NCBI GenBank assembly: GCA_964520905.1 | Contig: CAZFQL010000001.1 | Location: 183,216-247,215 of the forward strand | Source of the DNA: an uncultured Chlorobiaceae bacterium | Lineage (GTDB): Bacteria > Bacteroidota > Ignavibacteria > UBA10030 > SZUA-254 | Direction of reading: 5' to 3' | Length of the DNA stretch: 64,000 nt | Part shown: piece by piece, positions 59,148 through 64,000 of the stretch | Numbering within the stretch: the stretch's first letter is position 1 | Layout of the letters: each line of letters begins with the position of its first letter | The notes under the pieces: model-generated | Told to the model about the DNA's origin: nothing | The model's input: the letters and a program-made list of their open reading frames with translations, nothing else | Database searches by the model: none | Translations under genes and position numbers: made by a program

Positions 59148-61577
59148 TTAGGTTGAGAGCGCTTTCCAGTGAGTTGCGTATTGAGTTAAGGTCTGGTCAA
59201 CAAGATAATGGATGGATCCTTTTTCGAAAGAACCGTCTTTTAGTCGTTTACCAGCGGGGAGATCGGTAAGGATTTCAATCCCCTCGTTTATTGTTTTGAT
59301 TGCATAAATGTGGAACTTGCCTTTTGCTGCGGCTTCAATAATATCCTGACGCAGCATGAGATCTTTTTTATTCTGATGAGGAATAAGAACGCCTTCTTTA
59401 CCGGTCAGTCCGCGTTTTTTACAGATATCAAAGAAACCTTCAATCTTTTGGTTCACACCACCGATAGGTTGAATTTCACCTTTCTGGTTCACGGAACCGG
59501 TAACACTAATATACTGATGCAGAGGAACATCTGCAAGACTGGAAAGTATCGCGTAAATTTCGGTTGATGATGCGCTGTCGCCGTCAACGCCGCCGTAATT
59601 TTGCTCGAAGGTAATACTTGCATTCATCGTGAGCGGTTTGTTAAGTGCGTACATACCGTGAAGGTATCCGCTGATGATCAGCACGCCTTTGTTATGCGTA
59701 GGTCCGCTCATCTCGGCTTCACGCTCGATGTTAATGATGCCTACTCTTCCTATGGAGGTTCTTGCCGTGATGCGTGTTGGAATGCCGAACATATATTCCC
59801 GCATGTCGAGAACCGATAAACCATTGACCTGACCGATAACATCGCCGTCCGTATCGATCATCAACGTTCCTTCGTCTATCATTTCTTTCATTTTATCTTC
59901 TACCAGCTTGACGCGCTCGATCCGTTCATCGATTGCCTTCTGTACGTGTTCCTTTGTGATTATAGAACTTTTGCCGTTGAGCGCCCAGTAATTTGCTTCA
60001 CGCGCAAGGTCGGCAATAACATTGAATCGGGTGGAAAGTTTATTTTGTCTGCCGGCAAGGCGCACGCCATATTCGATCACTGCTGCGATTCCGGAGTGAT
60101 CGAACGGCTTGAGTTTCTCATCGTCGCAGATCATCTTGATGAAGTGAACATACTTGTCGATAGTTTGCGGCTGCTTAGGCATCTCGGTATCAAAATCTGC
60201 GCGGATTTTAAATATCTTTTTAAAGTCATCATCCTGATCGTATAGGAGAAAATATATATAAGCATCACCCAGCATCACAACCTTTACATCGATGTCTATA
60301 GGTTCCGGTTTGAATGCCGAGTTGGTTCCGAAGAGCCCGCTTTCAATCGGCTGGATTTCGAGTAAGCCGTTGCGTAAAGTGCGCTTCAATGTCTGCCATA
60401 CACCCTGTTCAACAAGCGCATCGAGAGCATTGATGACGAGAAACCCGCCGTCTGCTTTCAGCAGAGATCCCGATTTGATGAGCGTGAAATCTGTTCGCCA
60501 AATTCCGTTTCTATCTATCTCCCGTTCGATTGTTCCGAATATATTTTTAAAACGAGGATTTGTTTCTATTACGATTGGAACACCCTCGGTTCTCGAGTTA
60601 TCGACAACGACATTTACCTGATACTCTACGAATGTATCTTCTTCTATCTGCTGTACCTGCGATAACCCGGGTATTTGCTGTGCCGGTTCTTCAGGTCGGA
60701 ACCGGTTGAAATCGCTTCTGACGCTTTCCTGAACATCTTCAAGGTAACGTAGAAGCTTTTCGTTCTTGTATTTTACATGAATATCTTTGATATGGTCTTT
60801 CACGATAGGCAGTATGAACCGCTCCGAGAGTTCGTTTACAGATTCTTTAGCTTTCCGCTCGATATTCCTGAGCTCACGCAGCATAAACTCCATCTGTCCT
60901 TCGAGCAATGTTCGGTCTTTCATCATTTGCTCGACCTGTTCTTTCGTTACTTTTCCTTCCTTCACAAATGTATCGAGCTGTTCGAACGCTATCGGCTGTT
61001 TATCGATAACGGGTGCGATATCCGGTCGCATGGTTGGACCAACCTGCACTTGAATAACCTCGAAGCCGCGTTCCCTGACTTTTTGTTCGAAATCTTTCAA
61101 CACACTCCGCTGTCGTTCCTGAAAAAATTCCATAGACCGTTTTCGCTCTTCCTTGAAACGCCTGCTCTCGAATACTGATGGAATGTCTTTGAGAAGTTCC
61201 TGCACGAAATTTTCCATATCTTCCTGAAATTTTATACCATGCCCGGCGGGAAGTGAAATGAGTATAGGTTGATCGCTGTTCTGGAAGTTGTGCACGTAAC
61301 AGTGATCTTTCAATGGAATTTTTTTACGGTGAAACTCCGATAGAAGCCGCTTAATCGTTGTCATGCGTCCCGTGCCGGAGAAGCCGGTGACGAACACATT
61401 GTATCCGGGATGCTTCATCTCCAAGCCGAGCTGAAGCGCACGCAATGCGCGATCCTGACCGATGATTTCTTTTGTGGGTTTAACTTCGTCTGTCGATTTG
61501 ACTTTCAGACTTTTCGGGTCACAGCGCCAGCGAAGCTGATCGACAGGCACCTCTCTGCTTGATTTAGATTTTGCCAT
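59148..61577 (-). CDS. Lon-like ATP-dependent protease (COG1067/LonC-BrxL-like; AAA+ domain plus S16 protease domain)
   Basis: IIGQDRALRALQLGLEMKHPGYNVFVTGFSGTGRMTT in the N-terminal ATPase region, and the C-terminal S16 Ser motif GGVDGDSAS. Architecture differs from the canonical lon at 26005. Confidence 0.8.
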   Translation of the reverse strand: MAKSKSSREVPVDQLRWRCDPKSLKVKSTDEVKPTKEIIGQDRALRALQLGLEMKHPGYNVFVTGFSGTGRMTTIKRLLSEFHRKKIPLKDHCYVHNFQNSDQPILISLPAGHGIKFQEDMENFVQELLKDIPSVFESRRFKEERKRSMEFFQERQRSVLKDFEQKVRERGFEVIQVQVGPTMRPDIAPVIDKQPIAFEQLDTFVKEGKVTKEQVEQMMKDRTLLEGQMEFMLRELRNIERKAKESVNELSERFILPIVKDHIKDIHVKYKNEKLLRYLEDVQESVRSDFNRFRPEEPAQQIPGLSQVQQIEEDTFVEYQVNVVVDNSRTEGVPIVIETNPRFKNIFGTIEREIDRNGIWRTDFTLIKSGSLLKADGGFLVINALDALVEQGVWQTLKRTLRNGLLEIQPIESGLFGTNSAFKPEPIDIDVKVVMLGDAYIYFLLYDQDDDFKKIFKIRADFDTEMPKQPQTIDKYVHFIKMICDDEKLKPFDHSGIAAVIEYGVRLAGRQNKLSTRFNVIADLAREANYWALNGKSSIITKEHVQKAIDERIERVKLVEDKMKEMIDEGTLMIDTDGDVIGQVNGLSVLDMREYMFGIPTRITARTSIGRVGIINIEREAEMSGPTHNKGVLIISGYLHGMYALNKPLTMNASITFEQNYGGVDGDSASSTEIYAILSSLADVPLHQYISVTGSVNQKGEIQPIGGVNQKIEGFFDICKKRGLTGKEGVLIPHQNKKDLMLRQDIIEAAAKGKFHIYAIKTINEGIEILTDLPAGKRLKDGSFEKGSIHYLVDQTLTQYATHWKALST

Positions 61578-61727
61578 AACCGTAGATTTTATGTGAGGAA
61601 GTTTGAAACATTGTTATTCAAAATAAGAACGTTCCCGGTAAATGGCAAATTGGAGATGATAATACGAAGAGATTATGTTGAGGATGATCTTATTATCTAA
61701 TTACTTTCCCAATCACTTATCACATTT

Positions 61728-62945
61728 TTAATATTCCTTCCTGTTCGCGTACATATTGAGAAGCAGTCCCGCCATAATCATATTCGTCAAAAGATTCGAG
61801 CCGCCATAGCTTAAGAATGGAAGAGGCACACCGACAACGGGCATTATACCCATCGACATACCTATGTTGATTATAGTGTGCGTGGCGAATGCTGCTACAA
61901 TACCAATTGCAACCAAGCTTGCATACCGGCTTTTAACCATCGAGGCAATTTGCACTCCACGGATGAGAAACAGCGTAAGAAAAAGCAGAATTGCAAACGC
62001 ACCCATAAATCCGAATTCTTCGCTCGGCACACAGTAAATAAAATCAGTCCACTGCGCAGGGATAAAGTTTAACTGCGTTTGCGATCCTTGTAGAAATCCT
62101 TTACCGAACAATCCACCGGAGCCGATAGCAATCTTCGACTGGATGACATTGTACCCCGCACCGAGCGGGTCTGCATCAGGATTGAGGAATGTTACGATGC
62201 GCTTTTGCTGGTGCGGTGCGAGCTTCCCAAAGATAAATTGAACAGAAACGCCCATGAGAACCGTCAGCGAAAATACCATTGCCGCCGCAAGATGATTCTG
62301 GCGCAGTAAAAATAGTGTTACAAATGTAACTGCAATAACGATCAAGAACGGAGTAGTGCCGAATAGCGAGGCAATAACCGCCGCAAATGGAGCGATCATA
62401 GTCATCATCAAAAAATTGGAAGCACCTGCCCAATATAAAATAATCACAAGTATGCCGAGATATATAATTGCAGTTCCAACATCGGGCTGAAGAACTATGA
62501 GAAGAACAGGCAGCAGAACAAATCCCAACGTAATTGAGAGATGTTTGAAACGATTGAGATTGACATGACGTTCAGACAGATATGATGCGAGCGCAAGAAT
62601 AGTAGTTACTTTAACAATCTCGGATGGCTGTAATCCGAACCCTGCAACGCCGAACCAGCTCTTGGAACCTGCGACCATTTTTCCGGCAATTAGTACGACT
62701 ATCAGGAATAAAATTGAAAAACCGTATAACGGATAAGATAACAACTGGAGCGTACGGAAAGGTATAACCATGATAATGAGCATCAGGAGAATTCCGATGC
62801 CTGTCCAGATCAATTGCCGATTAAAATACATTGAGGCGCCTGCGTCGTACGTCGCGCTGTACACGGAAGCAATACCGATTGCCAGCAGTAGCAGGGTAGG
62901 GGCAATCGTTTTAAGATCAACATTATCTTTAAACCAGGTATCCAT
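61728..62945 (-). CDS. rodA: SEDS-family peptidoglycan glycosyltransferase RodA
   Basis: 405 aa with about 10 TM helices and an FtsW/RodA pattern; lies adjacent to mrdA. Confidence 0.9.
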   Translation of the reverse strand: MDTWFKDNVDLKTIAPTLLLLAIGIASVYSATYDAGASMYFNRQLIWTGIGILLMLIIMVIPFRTLQLLSYPLYGFSILFLIVVLIAGKMVAGSKSWFGVAGFGLQPSEIVKVTTILALASYLSERHVNLNRFKHLSITLGFVLLPVLLIVLQPDVGTAIIYLGILVIILYWAGASNFLMMTMIAPFAAVIASLFGTTPFLIVIAVTFVTLFLLRQNHLAAAMVFSLTVLMGVSVQFIFGKLAPHQQKRIVTFLNPDADPLGAGYNVIQSKIAIGSGGLFGKGFLQGSQTQLNFIPAQWTDFIYCVPSEEFGFMGAFAILLFLTLFLIRGVQIASMVKSRYASLVAIGIVAAFATHTIINIGMSMGIMPVVGVPLPFLSYGGSNLLTNMIMAGLLLNMYANRKEY

Positions 62946-64000
62946 CAGTCTCCTGTATCTGCATTCTTTTCATCGGCAGCGACTATGCCCTGCGGATTAT
63001 TACGGATGAGAGATCCATATAAATATTGTTCGATACATAACCCGGCTATCGGCGCGGCGAATGCGCCGCCGTAACCGGCATTCTCTACTAAAACACAGAT
63101 AGCGATCTTCGGGTTTTCACGCGGCGCAAAACCAATGAACCATGCGTGGTCTTTTTTACCGTGCGGGGTTTGTGCTGTGCCGGTTTTCCCGCAGACAGCG
63201 ATTCCTTTGACTTTAGCCGCCTGTCCTGTTCCACCCGGTTCGTTCACACATCGGTACATTCCATCTTGGAGTATGTCCCAAACCCAATCTGAGATTTCCA
63301 TTTTCCGCGTCTCAGTTGGTACAATTTGTATTTCACCTGTGTCTTTATCCTTGATTCTCAGGACTGCATGTGGCGTATGATAATATCCTTTGTTGGCAAG
63401 TGTAGCGGTGTAGTTTGCCATCTGAATCGGCGAAACACCAACTTCTCCCTGTCCGATACTCAGACTGACGAGATACCCTTGCGTCCATCTGCCTTTTCCA
63501 TAAACGCGGTCGAAGTACTCATCAGATGGAAGCAATCCGGGATTTTCTTCAAGTATATCTATTCCAGTCGGCGAGCCGAAGCCGAAGTCTCGTCCATAGC
63601 GTGTCCATCGCTCTAAACCGGTCTTAAGCATTAATTGATAAAAGAATACGTTGCACGATCGCTGAATTGCTTCGACGACGTTTGTTGAGCCGTGAATGTG
63701 CAGATCACGAAAGATTTTATTGCCGAAACGAAAAGCGCCGGTGCAGTTAACGCGCCAATTGGTATTAATGACTCCTTCTTCCAGCGCTGCGGCGGCAAGA
63801 ACCATCTTGAATGTTGATCCAGGCGGATACCTTGTAAGAGTCGCGCGATTGAAAAGTGGTTTACTTTCATCCGTGCTTAGACCCTTCCAGACATCCCAGG
63901 GCGTTACACTGCCGAACGATGTCAGATCGTAATCTGGTTTGCTAACAAGCGCAAGCACACCGCCGTCATTCGGATCAATTGCCACAATCGCGCCTCGTCT
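62945..64000 (-). CDS. mrdA: Penicillin-binding protein 2 (transpeptidase), C-terminal part; gene continues beyond the window end
   Basis: STFK, SCN and KTGT transpeptidase motifs. The reading frame stays open up to position 64000. Confidence 0.9.
   Translation of the reverse strand, partial: RRGAIVAIDPNDGGVLALVSKPDYDLTSFGSVTPWDVWKGLSTDESKPLFNRATLTRYPPGSTFKMVLAAAALEEGVINTNWRVNCTGAFRFGNKIFRDLHIHGSTNVVEAIQRSCNVFFYQLMLKTGLERWTRYGRDFGFGSPTGIDILEENPGLLPSDEYFDRVYGKGRWTQGYLVSLSIGQGEVGVSPIQMANYTATLANKGYYHTPHAVLRIKDKDTGEIQIVPTETRKMEISDWVWDILQDGMYRCVNEPGGTGQAAKVKGIAVCGKTGTAQTPHGKKDHAWFIGFAPRENPKIAICVLVENAGYGGAFAAPIAGLCIEQYLYGSLIRNNPQGIVAADEKNADTGD

Noticed and set aside
1-64000. CRISPR arrays, tRNA, rRNA or tmRNA genes
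   Set aside because: I found no regularly spaced direct repeats of 25-40 bp and no cloverleaf-like GTTCRANYC signatures in any intergenic gap longer than 80 bp. The window is almost entirely protein-coding.

Overview
64 kb of chromosome from a moderate-GC bacterium with a type IX secretion system (T9SS C-terminal sorting domains, FadL/PorV-like beta-barrels), so a Bacteroidota/Ignavibacteriota-like FCB-group origin is likely. Most of the window is housekeeping, largely on the minus strand: serS, a dapD-dapA-dapB block with PfkB kinase and HisA-like genes, lon, dnaX, rseP, dxr, dnaB, family-4 UDG, coaBC-rpoZ-gmk-yicC, an RqcH/NFACT homolog, rodA and mrdA (which runs off the end). Accessory content is concentrated in four places. 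(a) 1.2-4.7 kb: two type II toxin-antitoxin cassettes (PIN/VapC-like and RelE/ParE-like), each flanked by imperfect direct repeats of host sequence; one repeat is a relic copy of the serS 3' end. (b) 18.2-20.5 kb: a compact AT-rich type II restriction-modification pair (SPPY beta-class methyltransferase and a BglII-like endonuclease) with a repeat-rich upstream regulatory region. (c) 32-38.5 kb: a CHASE2 adenylate cyclase downstream of a FecR-like protein and two large secreted proteins. (d) 53-59 kb: a cluster of T9SS cargo genes. That cluster holds a signal-peptide-plus-CTD minigene, a secreted S1/P1-type nuclease, and a metzincin/beta-helix/CTD protein about 1190 aa long that is split by a single in-frame TGA. 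dnaX carries an A9 run positioned like the known tau/gamma slippage sites. Two operons pair a lipoprotein with a FadL-like barrel, one of them next to a penicillin-acylase-family gene, and a Lon-like (COG1067) protease sits beside the canonical lon. I found no CRISPR array, tRNA or rRNA.
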